Shown here: piece by piece, positions 50,701 through 64,000 of the stretch
How the letters are laid out: the number at the start of each line of letters is the position of its first letter
Numbering within the stretch: position 1 is the first letter of the stretch
Assembly (NCBI RefSeq): GCF_006345805.1
Contig: NC_043002.1
Location: 9,920,001-9,984,000, forward strand
Origin: Octopus sinensis
Taxonomy: Eukaryota
Direction of reading: 5' to 3'
Length of the DNA stretch: 64,000 nucleotides
Program-made: the position numbers and the translations under genes
The notes under the pieces: generated by a model
What the model saw: the letters and a program-made list of their open reading frames with translations, nothing else
Told to the model about the DNA's origin: nothing
Databases searched by the model: none

Positions 50701-53364
50701 GATGCCACAATTGGGTCTCTTGTTGATGAAAACGGATGCACGATCAAGAAGCGGGACGAGATGTGTGAGGCACTTCACAAGCAATTCGCCGAGTTGTTCG
50801 GGAGGTGCGGGACGCTGGATCATGGTGAGGCCCTTAGGGACTTCCTGTCTGGTGGCCCGCGCCTCTCGACACGAGAGGCTGAGTGCTGTGAAGGGCCAAT
50901 CACAGCCGAGGAAGTAATCGAGGTGTTGGGCAAGTGCCCCGGGGAGAAGTCGCCGGGTCTCGATGGTCTGCCCTATGAATTTTACAAAAGTATGCCAGAC
51001 TTGTTCGGGCACCTGCTGGCTAGCGTCTACGCCAACTGGCAGCAGAATGGGAGAATTCCCAAGTCTGCGAGCCGGGGGCGGTGACGTTGATCAGGAAGGA
51101 CCCGAACAAGGGGGACGAGATAGGGAACTTCAGGCCCATAACTCTGTTAAACACAGAGTTAAAGATTCTGGCCAAGGTGCTAGCAAAAAGGTTGGCGCGG
51201 GTCGTGGACAAACTTGTCGGGGAAGCGCAAACGTGCGCTATCCCCGGCAGAACGATCTACGACAATCTCCACCTTATACGCTACTCCTTAGAGAGGGTGG
51301 GGAAGCTTTCTGGCGCAGGGGGAGCACTGGTACATTTAGACCAGTCCAAAGCATTTGATAGGGTCGACCATCGGTACTTGGCGGCGGTCCTCGGAGAGGC
51401 TGGCCTAGGCCCGACCTTTCGAGGTTGGATCGCTGCTTTGTATAGCGACATCGAGTCTGTAGTCCAGGTGAACGGTTCCTTTTCAAAGCCGTTCAGGATC
51501 GAGCGTTCAGTTCGTCAAGGGTGTCCCCTGTCCTCGCTCCTATACGTATTGGCTCTTGAGCCTTTGCTGCGGAAGTTGGAGGCACTAGGGGGCGCGCCAC
51601 ATGATCTATGGTGTGGAAGAGGAGCTACGGCGTATGCGGATGACACCTCCATCATCGTGGCAGACGAAGGCCAGCTTCCAGTGGTGGAAGAGGCCATCAA
51701 AAGCTACGAGGCGGTGGCAGGAGCAAAGGTTAACAAGGACAAGTCGGTCGGTTTGCAACTCGGCACCTGGAGGGGCAAGCCGATGCCGTCCAATAACGTC
51801 GTAGGGCGTTGGACGGAAGGTCCTGTTAAGCTGCTCGGAGTCTGGTTCGGGCCAGACCTCCAGATTGAGAAAAATTGGAGTGAGGTGGCCAACAAGGTGA
51901 CCGCTCTAACCCAGACCTGGTCTGGGCGGGCGTTATCCCTGCTAGGGAAGGCGGAGGTGGTGCAGATGTTTATAGCATCAGTAATCACCTACCGTCTGAC
52001 CGTGGTGCCTTGCCCCGATTTGTGGATGAACAAGTTGGAGAGAATCCTTTTCCGATTTTTGTGGAAAGGAGGAAAGCCACTTGTAAAGCGCTCTGTCTGC
52101 TGCCAGAAACCGCTAAAGGGTGGGCTAGGGATGCCTTGGCTGAGGATGCGAAAACTCGCGTTAAGGTTGAGGCACCTCTGGCTTTACCTGGATGGAGAGC
52201 AGGTGTGGTCACCGCACGTCCGGTTCTACCTTCCCCAGTTAACATCCCTAACGGACATCGGTGCATGGATCAAGCGGAGACCTAAACTGAGTGAATGGCA
52301 TTTGGAGTGCCGTCAGGCGCTCCAGCTACTATCTCGGGTAGGCAACGCCGGCAACAGGAGTTCCACCACGGATTTCTATAGCGGGTTAGTGGAGATTAAG
52401 TCCGAAGACGCCTTGGGGGAGACCCTGGGCTACGATGAAAATCAGTTGGTCAACCTGTTCCGGAGGACGTTCGGGCCGGGGTATCTGGATAATTACCAGA
52501 AATCCCTGGCCTGGCAGTGTTTCCGTGCGGCTTTACCTGTTCGCTACAAGCTGTCAAGGCACGGTAGTGCCGTCTCGCCGACATGCCCGCGATGTGAGCA
52601 GGATAGGGAGACCGTCTTGCACGCATTCGTGGAGTGTCCGGAGTTATCGGGACTGATAGCTTTTGTTGAACAACTGTTGTCAGTGATGGGAAGAGTACAG
52701 CTATCAGCTGAGTCTATCATCGAGATTGTGCCGCCCCCTTTCCTTAACAGGGAAAGAAAGGCTTGTTTTTTCTGTGTAGTAGCCATACTGAAAGAAACAG
52801 TATGGAAGACGCGTACGAAAGGTATAGTGACAGGCACCTTTGTCTCCGGCCAGGGGTTGATTAACTTTTTTAGTTACCACCTCAGTAGCAAAATCAGGCT
52901 GGAGAAGAGGTGTCTGTCACGAGATATGTTTGGGAAAAGATGGAAGCCTGTGGCATGCAAGATGGGTATGTTTGGCACCAGGTAAGAGTGACCGGATCAG
53001 AAAGTAAAGGTTCTACCCGGATGGCTGGGTGTCCGTCCTTCGACATGATCATTAATATTTTTAAACATTGTCTTCGTAAATTTCATTGATTATAATCTTA
53101 TCCGTAATTTCATTCGAAAATTGTAACTGTGTTAAGCTACTTCACCCTTTATATTTGTCTGTCCTTGTTTGTCCCCTCTTTGTAAATGCCTAAATGGCAA
53201 ATTATATGAAATAAAGTAGCTTGCTAACCAACCACATGGTTCCGGGTTCAGTCCCACTGCGTGGCATCTTGGGCAAGTGTCTTCTGCTATAGCCCCGGGC
53301 CGACCAATGCCTTGTGAGTGGATTTGGTAGACGGAAACTGAAAGAAGCCTGTCGTATATATGTA

Positions 53365-53432
<68 letters not shown>

Positions 53433-53640
53433 TTGTGTGTCTGTGTTTGTCCCCCTAGCATTGCTTGACAACCGATGCTGGTGTGTTTACGTCCTTGTCA
53501 CTTAGCGGTTCGGCAAAAAGAGACCGATAGAATAAGTACTGGGCTTACAAAGAATAAGTCCTGGGGTCGATTTGCTCGACTAAAGGCGGTGCTCCAGCAT
53601 GGCCGCAGTCAAATGACTGAAACAAGTAAAAGAGTAAAAG
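47735..53640 (+). mobile_element. SINE family B split in its tRNA-like head by a Tx1 LINE (47735-47774 and 53214-53640)
   Basis: The halves rejoin through the duplicated aagtagcttgctaacc. Confidence 0.9.
47775..53213 (+). mobile_element. Full-length Tx1/L1-clade LINE (ORF1 and ORF2), few frameshifts
   Basis: 16-bp TSD at 47759-47774/53214-53229; ORF1 with CCHC knuckle CYACGKKGHIRVDC; ORF2 49585-52985 with APE (NVRGL, GDFN, YTDH), RT (YADD) and CPRC..ETVLH; one frameshift near 51080. Confidence 0.95.
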
Positions 53641-53692
53641 AGTATAGTTGATACCAACTACACTAAAACGTTCCTCTATTATGTTTTATCTT

Positions 53693-53736
53693 CTACTTGC
53701 TTCTGTCATCAGCCTGCTGGATAGCTGGGGAACCGT
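53693..53736 (-). CDS. Gene B, probable last coding exon: (Y)GSPAIQQADDRSK*
   Basis: Acceptor ttcttctag; positionally identical to 7293-7336, with stop TAG versus TAA. Confidence 0.6.
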
Positions 53737-54080
53737 CTAGAAGAATCGACATAATTCCTTGTTTTCAAGCCTGGTATTTCTTTTATTGATAATACTTGCC
53801 GATCCGCAAAATTAAGGAGACGTAGACACACCAACTCATGCTGTGAAGTGGTGGGGAGGGAGTCACCAAACACAGTCAAACGCGCGTGCATACACGCATG
53901 TGCACGCACTCACGCGCACATACATGCAGTAGAAGAATTTTTTCCCAAAGTATCACACAGTGGTATTGAACCCGCAAGAATGTGGTTGGGAAGCAAGCTA
54001 CTTACCATACAACCACGCCTGCACCAATATGAAACCAGATATAAAATATATGAGAAGATATGCTATTTATATTTACTTAC

Positions 54081-54203
54081 ACCTTTTCTTAATGTCAGCG
54101 TAGTTTCCTCTGCATTCCAGAAGAATACAATCATATATTCTTCTAAACATGACAGTTTGATTAGAACACATACATTTTCCATTATAATAACATCCGGGGC
54201 AGT
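54081..54203 (-). CDS. Gene B, Cys-rich exon: (N)CPGCYYNGKCMCSNQTVMFRRIYDCILLECRGNYADIKKR
   Basis: 123-nt phase 1-1 exon with acceptor ttacctccag and donor gtaagt; 23/40 aa identical to gene A. Confidence 0.85.
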
Positions 54204-54429
54204 CTGGAGGTAACAATGAAATACGATGATTATTTATCAATTAGAAATTCTAGAATCGATAATTTAAAGACAGACGAGTTGGTGTATTGGCTATTTTCAT
54301 TTGAGGTTTCTTGAAAGTAAGAGCTTCAGTGTTATTCTTAATTCACTCAAATATCAAATTAGGCTACCTGTTTATATTAAACCATATAGTTGCCCCAATG
54401 ACGAGGAAAGTCGTATGACATACAAACAT

Positions 54430-54492
<63 letters not shown>

Positions 54493-54495
<3 letters not shown>

Positions 54496-54618
54496 TCTGA
54501 CGAGGCCTTTGGTTATTTTAACGTATAATTTTTAATGCCTAAAACCATAATACACTGACATCTATAGGCAATATAAGTTGAATCGACTCTTGACCATAGG
54601 CTGAAACAGCTGTAAGGA
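54493..54618 (+). ncRNA. Minimal hammerhead motif in a Penelope remnant, intron of gene B
   Basis: tcct-CTGACGA-ggcctttggtt...gaccataggct-GAAA-cagctg-TA-agga followed by a (TAT)n tail. Confidence 0.8.
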
Positions 54619-55773
54619 GCAGTTTATATGTATTATTATTATTATTATTATATTACATATTGATGTATATTGTTTTGTTCGATTTTGATGTTCCCATTTG
54701 TATAATTAATAAATAATGTGAAATTGTTATATCCGTAAGTTGATGAACGAAATGAATTTGTTTTTCCATTTTCTTATTTGTATTATTTATATATACATAT
54801 ATATATATCAATGATAAGGGCACATAAAGGTATCAGAGAAGTCAAATATTTGAATTGGATCACTGAAAGGAAGTTCACTAAATGTAATGAATAAACAGAT
54901 GAAAAGTGAAAGAAAAAACTGTATGCAGACACGATTCATTAACGCGAGGGTTTCTGAGGACAGCTCTTGTTAGATTCATTGGCCTCGTGGTGTTTTAGGT
55001 TGACCAAACACCGCGATGTGCTTGGTCAACCAAAACATCGGCTATAACACAATACCTTTTAGTAATGGTTCGACTGTGTTGTGTTATGAAAAATTTGTAT
55101 GTTATAAAAGAGAAACTGTCCTCCTGGGCTAAAACATGTCAGCGAATAACATATCCACGTTCGAATTTACTGGAGGTAGTTAAAAAATTAATATGCTAGT
55201 CGTCGTATTCAAATGTTAGTGGCAGAGAAGTGTATCCAAAGTCACTACTTCATAATATTTATGGGGATAAATAGAGAATACACTGTTCTGATGGCATGTT
55301 ATTTTTGTATAAGTTATGTAACAGTACACACATTGATACATAATGCACAAAATATATAAATGTACTGGTAACATTGTTTGCAGTTGAGAAAGATCCATTG
55401 ATAGACTTAGCTGACTTTCTTGCGGATTCATTCAAGGATTTCGGAAAAACTATAAACAAATTAGTTCAAAGCAACGTAGATTAGAATTACATCCGAAGAA
55501 ATAGTTAATGGTTGCCTTTTTTTCCCGCCATTTTGCTTTTTTTTTTACAAACCTGTTACTAAGTCAAATAGTTTAGGGAAATGCGTAAAATTAGCGAATT
55601 TTTTCTGGTAGGATAATGGGTTCGAAAGATTGTTTCAGAAATATCTGATGATTTAAGATATTGGAATTCGTGACAGGAAATAGAGTGAGTTTACTTCAAA
55701 GACTAACGTAAGCAGTTAACTTGATAACTGCATCAAATACATATTTTAGAATGTAAAGGAAGTTGGCACTTAC

Positions 55774-55879
55774 TATCAGGTACAACATTTTTCACAACAA
55801 CACCAGATAAGATTAGATTTGGTAATATCATAAGACAAAAAAGGACTAGACCAAAAAAGAAAACTGGATGTATAAACAT
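55774..55879 (-). CDS. Gene B, signal-peptide exon: MFIHPVFFFGLVLFCLMILPNLILSGVVVKNVVPD
   Basis: ttttttcttacag|ATG, donor gtaagt, 106 nt; 24/35 aa identical to gene A. Confidence 0.85.
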
Positions 55880-56389
55880 CTGTAAGAAAAAAGAGGAAGA
55901 AGCAAAAGCTGCCATTAAAGATTGGATATTTTCATATCATGAATGATAACTTATTTTTTACGACAGGTGGCGCTTAAGTATGATTAAGACATTATATGTT
56001 GGACTTTTTAATCTTGAATATTTTGAATAAGTTGAATGCATGGAATCATTTGAAAACTTAATTGTAATATATTATTCCAAGTCATTTCTAATTTACTCTC
56101 GATTCGAAAATGGAACTAGTAACTTCTATCATCCTTTGCTATGGATTGTCATCGAATCTTCATCTCTCTCTCTCTTTCCCTCATATATTCTTCATTTTCT
56201 CCTCTCCCTCGCTCTGTCTTTCTTTTATCCTTCCTCTCCATCCCTCTCTCTCCCTATCGCTCCATGCCCCACCTTCTCTTTCCTTCATATGATCCTCTCT
56301 CTTTCCGTCTCCCTATCGCCCCTAGCCCCTTTTCTCTTTCGTTTATATCTTCCTCTCTACTTCTATCACTCCACCTTCTCTGGGCTTAG

Positions 56390-59300
56390 AATACGAAGAT
56401 GGCACCAAAGTGGAATAGCAAGGAACTGAAACTTCTGTTGCGAGCGTGGATAATTGCTGGAGGTGACCATCCAAACAGCATAATTACTGCTGCACTGAAA
56501 AACAATGATTTCTGTACAACCATCGACAAGCTAGAACGGAAGAAAAATGAACTTACCCGATCTTGTGTGCTTATTAGACCACGCATTGACGCTCTTTTTG
56601 TGCGATTCTGATAATGATGGGGTGGTTGAAACCAGAAAAAGAAGTCCTTCTGTGCCAGCGGTCCCACAGAAAGATGGAGCCCTCACACCTATGAAAAATC
56701 AAAGAAATGAAAGGCCTACCTAAAGGAAGGAAAGACTACGACCACAAACATAAAGAAGGAAGTGGAGAGAAAGCAAAAGGAAGAGATGAAACAACTAAAA
56801 CTAAAACCGAAACCCCAAACCCACAAACAAAAAACAAAAGCCAACTCAAGTAGGGAGGGTCCAATGGAGTCCGAAACTCTAGAAGAGAGAAAATATTTGG
56901 AGTGAAAATATTTGAAGACAAGGACATGCAAGTTTTACCTGTACGGCAAATGTTGGCATGGGAAAGACGGCACAAACTACCTGTTTCTTCATCCGAGACC
57001 CCGCCAAAATTGCAGCAGGCTTAAGGAGAAATGCTTCCCTGAGGAAAAGCACCAATCGTTTCCAAAGAGAAAATATACATATGTAGTGAGCTCTTCGGAT
57101 TTAATTCGCCAGTCAGCAGCTGAGCAAGTGTCTTTTTTGTGCATGGCGCAAAGATTCTGTAGAAGCTGACCGGGTTACATCAAGCGCAAATACTGAACCC
57201 TGCTTGCCCCTACGCAAGACCACCATAATTAACAGGCACGGGGGTGGCCTTCCATAACGCCTGCACAGTCGTCACGCTAATATTTTTACCCAATATTGGA
57301 GGCCTGTTGCATCACAACAACGAAAGCAAATTCTTTTTCCTGAGAGACCTTACTGCATGCAATCAAGCTCTATGCATGGCACTCGTGGAAACTCATCTGA
57401 ACCCTGATATATAGGATACGGAATTACACGTACAAAAATATACCCATTTCTTTACTACCCACAAGGGGCCAAACACAGAGGGAACGAACAAGGACAGACA
57501 AACGGATTAAGTCGATTATATCGACCCCAGTGCGTAACTGGTACTTATTTAATCGAACCCGAAAGGATGAAAGGCAAAGTCAACCTCGGCGGAATTTGAA
57601 CTCAGAACGTAGCGGCAGGCGAAATACCGCTAAGCAATTCGCCCGGCTTGCTAACGTTTCTGCCAGCTCGCCGCCTTACACGTACAAAAATATACCATAC
57701 TACGAACAGACAGAAGGGAAAGAAGCCATGATGGAATTGCTGTATACATCCGTGATGTCCTCACATCCCAGGTCCTACTGTCATACTCAAATTCAATCTG
57801 TGACACTCTAGTTGTATACATAAGACAACATAATGTAGTCATATGCAATACATATATCCCACCGGATGCCCCAAACCACATAGGCAAGTTTGAAGATTGC
57901 CTTACATGAATTAAAGAAATCCTCATGAAACTGGAACACCACGTGAGCGTATTTCTTATGAGTCCCGGCACAACTTCACCAGTTGGGGCAAGTTGTTCTC
58001 AGATCAACTAGGGCGAATAACATTTTGAATATCTGCTTCACGAAAAATATGGACATCGTTAATAATGTGAAATTGTCGCCGACATTAGTTTCGGAACACA
58101 ACATTACAGAGCTGTTCTATGCATGGACCAAAAGTAGCCAGAGACATACAGTCTAAAGGAAGCACCTAAAATCTCTTCAATCTGAACTTCCATAATGCAG
58201 ACTAAAATCGATCAAAAAAACCCTCGGACATGACTGGCCGAAACGTCTCTCCACACCAGACATTGGCATGAAACTAGAGTATTTCATGCCTGTTATGCAA
58301 ACAGTATGCCGAAAAAATGCCCCAGAGCGCAAGTCCAACACAAGAGGGAAGAAGATTCCAAGGGAGAGGAATATCTTCATGAGACGATGGACGAAGGTTG
58401 CAAATCATTTCAACCAACATTCCAAATGTAGTAAAAGGTGCCGCCTAAAAGCAACACTAATAGAGATTGAAAAAAGCCTGAAGCAATCCTATGTGAGGGA
58501 GAGAGAAGACAAAGAACCCTGGGTTATAAAAAAAATCACGTCAAACCCAAAGGCCTTGTTTCATTATGCGAAAGTAACTGTCTTACTTTACTGCAAATAG
58601 GCCCCCTCTTCGAGAGGATGGCTACCCTTAAGATAACCCAACCAGTATCAGTGAGGTACTGAATGACAGTTCAAAAGTGTCTTTAACAACCCGTTGGAAC
58701 ACAGACAAGGGAACGAACCAGTGGATTTCTTTGCTGTCTCACCTATAACCAGCGAGGCAGTTATGATGGAATACATCGACAGTGGTGAAAAATGCATAAT
58801 ACTAGCCATAAATGAGGTGGACGCAAACTCACCTGTCGGCCCTTTGTTTCCCAGCAATCCTTCTGAAATCATTTGCGTGCCCTGGCGAAACTACTAAAGT
58901 TTCTCTTCCAGAGTTTTCTTGCAAATGGCAGGCTGCCAAGCAAACTGACGGAGGGAATAATATGCCCAATCAATAGAGGAGGAATCAGAGCAGATGCCAA
59001 AAATTATAGGCCCATCTCTCTGGTTATACACACCAGCAAAATCAGGGAACGAATAGTCAGAGGGAAACTAATTGTATTTATGGACATAATATAGCTTGTA
59101 CTTTGCAAAAGCTTTTGAGGATGTAGATCATAGTATGATATGCCACAAACTGCGTAATCTTGGCATAGGTGGAAAACTTGGAGAGTGGTTACATGTCTCC
59201 TTGAGAGAGCGGCAGTGGCGGCCAATGAATCCAACTCAAAGAGAACACAAATAGTACTGGGCTTCCACAGGGCACTATCTTGGGACCACTGTCTTGTGTT

Positions 59301-60290
59301 ATGAAAATATGTATAGCCACCCTTGCTAGCTACGCAGACGATACGAAAGTCTTGCAGAAAATACAAAACCTTAGCGAGTTTTCACGCCTGTAGCGTGAAA
59401 GGAAACAATTTACTGATGGGCTGAAGATAGTAATATGCAGTTTAATGCTGGAAAATTCCAAGCTCTGCACTACCAGTGCCCAACTGAACGTAAAACTTAA
59501 AGAGTATACTGGCCCACAAGGGGTTAAAACCCTAGAACTTGAACCAGTGCGAGACCTGGGTATCGACATGAATGATGGTAACTGTTTCCAAGTGCATATT
59601 ACCAAAATGGTGACAAAATGCAGATGACTTTTTGGGCGAATCCTGAGAACTCTCAGAACTAGAGATAACGAAACAATGATGGTCCACTGGAGGATATTCA
59701 TCCTCAGCCGCCTGGACTACTGCTCCCAGATTTGGTCACCACATAGTGTAAAATCAAAACAGCGGACCATGAAGCAGTTCAGCGAAGCTTCGCGAAGAAG
59801 ATCGTCTCATTGCAACAGCTCAGCTACTGGGAAAGGCTGAAACAGCTAAGACTCTATTCCTTGGAGCATAGGCGGGAGAGGTATGCAGAAGGTCCTGGAA
59901 GGAATTGTGCCAAATTTTGGCAGTGAAAGTTACACTAATGCAAGAACGGGTCATCACTTCACAGTGCCAAAGATCCCAGCAATGCCGTGGCGCTTCAGGA
60001 CCGGTTACAGCAACATCTTGGGTTTTAGGAGCTCACAACTTTTTAATATTCTCCCAAAGAGCCTGAGAGACCTACTCAAAGTGGATGTAGGTGTTTTCAA
60101 ATCAAAGATTTATCTCTTCTTGTCGAGAGTCCCAGATGAACCTAACTCGCAGCAGGAGGTGCAAATAAGGATAGTTACATCAAACTCCCTTATTCACCAA
60201 ATGCCACATATCTAAGGAGGCTCTAAAAAATAACAGTGTAGCAAAACGGTGGTCTCCAGCATGGCCACAATCTTGAGCTGAAACTGTTGA
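56390..60290 (+). mobile_element. Degenerate CR1/L2-type LINE (same group as 40807-43619), in intron 1 of gene B
   Basis: 5' CKFYLYGKCWHG zinc-finger-like remnant; colinear with 40807-43619 from ~57745; NYRPISL and YADD; shared 3' tail. Confidence 0.85.
57445..57675 (-). mobile_element. SINE family C monomer with TSD
   Basis: 21-bp TSD ttacacgtacaaaaatatacc at 57424-57444 and 57676-57696. Confidence 0.9.
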
Positions 60291-60477
60291 AAACAAATGT
60301 TATATATATATAATGGTAAAATAATTATAATTAAGGGCACAGAGATTTCTCTGCTTATATGCTGAAAAGAAACGCTAAGTCCCTCTAACCACTTCAAAAT
60401 AGCACGTTATAATAAACGCGTGTTGAGGCGGGCTGCTGAATTCGAAGAGTATATATATATATATATATATATATGAG

Positions 60478-60508
<31 letters not shown>

Positions 60509-60619
60509 TATATATATATGTATATAAAATACATATAAAAATACAAAATGGGACAAGAACGCAAAACATTCAAATAGACGACACAAAAAACGGACGGGTC
60601 ATTCGAAGCCTCTAATCTT

Positions 60620-62021
<1,402 letters not shown>

Positions 62022-62317
62022 ATATACTTAAGTAGGTGAATGAATTATCCTATGTTTATCGTCAGCATGGAAAATTCGTTTAACCGAAACCTGGGTAGCA
62101 AATTCACGTCAGAAAACACGGTTGAAGCGACCTGTCAAGGGTAGAAACTCCGGGTTCATGTGTAGAAATTTGTGTGTTGTATATGAATAAATGAAAGAAT
62201 GGAGTCGAACGAAGGAATGAAAATATGCTGTCTTCGAAACATGTGTCGAGAGTAAAGGAATTTTGTTAACATCTTCGTTCGACTCCATTCTTTCATTATT
62301 CATATATATAAATATAT

Positions 62318-62406
<89 letters not shown>

Positions 62407-63131
62407 ATACATATATATAGATAGATAGATAGACAGATAGACAGATAGATATGATAAATGAAAGACGGAAGATGGAATATATGAGAATTTTTATCATTAA
62501 TCACGACGATTGCTTCAACACATCTAGCATCGACCCTTCACAGGTGGGACACTCAACAACTGGTTCAGGAGCATCCGGTGGTACAGATATATCATATCGA
62601 GTGATAAATAGATACAACACATTAAAATAACAGTTCCGCGATGTATCCTCTCATTTTAGTGAAAAGAAAAGCCGCAACACGAAGGAAACACTTTTATTTA
62701 CATAGACGATCGAAAATAAAATGGCTGATGGAAAAAATCCAATGAACATGTAATACAGCGAGAAAAAAATATATAAAATAACCGTTAGTAGATATGGATG
62801 TATGAACATAACTGCTTGGAATGAGTTATAGCAATTAAAATTTTCAGAAGAAAATTGTCTTAATACTCTCAACTCAGTGGTTATAATTGTGCGTATGCAC
62901 GTGTGTATATGTTTAAGTGCTTATATGCATACGTACGTGAGTGTATTTCTTGTGCATATGTTACATTATTCTTTATGTGCAAAATAAACCTTGAGAAATG
63001 AAAAAACTAAGACATTTCCATTATTAATGAAATTCTCCCATTCATCATTATATGCCTTACATATGTTTAATATTATGAGTCTTTCAAACATCAAATACTT
63101 AAATAAAATATCGAACCACACTTTCCCTTAC

Positions 63132-63180
63132 CTTATAAGCTTCAAGATAAGCTGCCTCAGAAATATGGAATGATATATAG
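63132..63180 (-). promoter_or_regulatory. Candidate core promoter and non-coding exon 1 of gene B
   Basis: AAG|GTAAGG donor at 63131 and TATATAT ~63173-63179; paralog of 14309-14360. Confidence 0.5.
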
Positions 63181-63579
63181 AAATGTTTGTATTTGTTCTC
63201 AACGACAACGCATTGCAGATAGCAGCTGTTTCATAATAAATAAAACTTCAGATGTTTCTGACAGTAGGCTTTCAGCGATAATTATTAGCATTTGATTTAT
63301 CACGTGTGCCGTAAAATATTATTATTATGTACTAGAGCCTATTTCCCTACATTTCTTTCGATTTCCGCCCAAAAGTTCTCTCTGTGTGTATCATACGTAC
63401 AGCAATTATCTTTCAACGACCCACTGTGATCTCTTGATCTGCAGATTATTCCAAGAAAATAAGGAAGAATTTCCCATATATTTAACTAGTTATTCTTTAT
63501 GTTTTATATCTTACACGTTTCAGTCATTCAACTTCGACCATCGTGGGACACCACACCGAACAAATGTACCAGAATGTAC

Positions 63580-63860
63580 GGATCGGGCTGCGTGTTGTGT
63601 TCTTGAGCAAGGCACTTTATTTCACGTTGCTCCAGTTCACTCAGCAGTAGAAATGAGTTGCGACGTCACTAGTGCCAAGCTGTATCGACCTTTGTCTTTC
63701 CCTTGGATAACACTGGTGGCGTGGAGAGGGGAGGCTGGTATGCATGGGCCACTGCTGGTCTTCCATAAACAACCTCGCCTGGACTTGTGTCTAGGAGGGT
63801 AACTTTCTAGGTGCAATCCCATGGTCTGTGTCGTGACCGAAGGGGGTCTCCGACTCCTGT
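63580..63860 (+). mobile_element. SINE body, 5'-truncated (family A-related)
   Basis: gttgtgttcttgagcaaggcactttatttcacgttgctccagttcactcagc matches family A bodies; not seen at the paralogous position ~14720. Confidence 0.7.
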
Positions 63861-64000
63861 TACGGAGGCGTAAACAAAACGAAAATGGGTTGGCAAGCAC
63901 GTGTTTGATGACAAACACAAACACAAGTATTCGCACCCCCCACGCCCACACAAATATGTAGTCTTTTGTGAAGACGGTTCTCGAAGTACATATATGGCTA

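Overview
AT-rich, repeat-dense eukaryotic genomic DNA, most likely from an octopod cephalopod (inferred from the SINE, Penelope and microsatellite landscape). There is a 100-N scaffold gap at 3356-3455. Most of the window is transposable elements: tRNA-derived SINEs of at least three families, Tx1/L1 LINEs (one nearly intact), CR1/L2-type LINEs, an R4/Dong-like fragment, many Penelope-like remnants carrying hammerhead-ribozyme motifs, Helitron and mariner remnants, and an AG-rich satellite. Hidden among them, and missed by the ORF track because the exons are short, are two paralogous minus-strand spliced genes (A, ~7.3-14.3 kb; B, ~53.7-63.2 kb) from an old segmental duplication. Each is predicted to encode a 90-aa secreted precursor: signal peptide, a 6-Cys module (C-x2-C-x5-C-x-C-x12-C-x4-C), a dibasic site and a short tail. 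A third, diverged Cys-module exon lies at 45648-45779. This small secreted cysteine-rich peptide cluster is the main finding. All gene models were read by eye from splice signals and paralog comparison, with no expression or database support.
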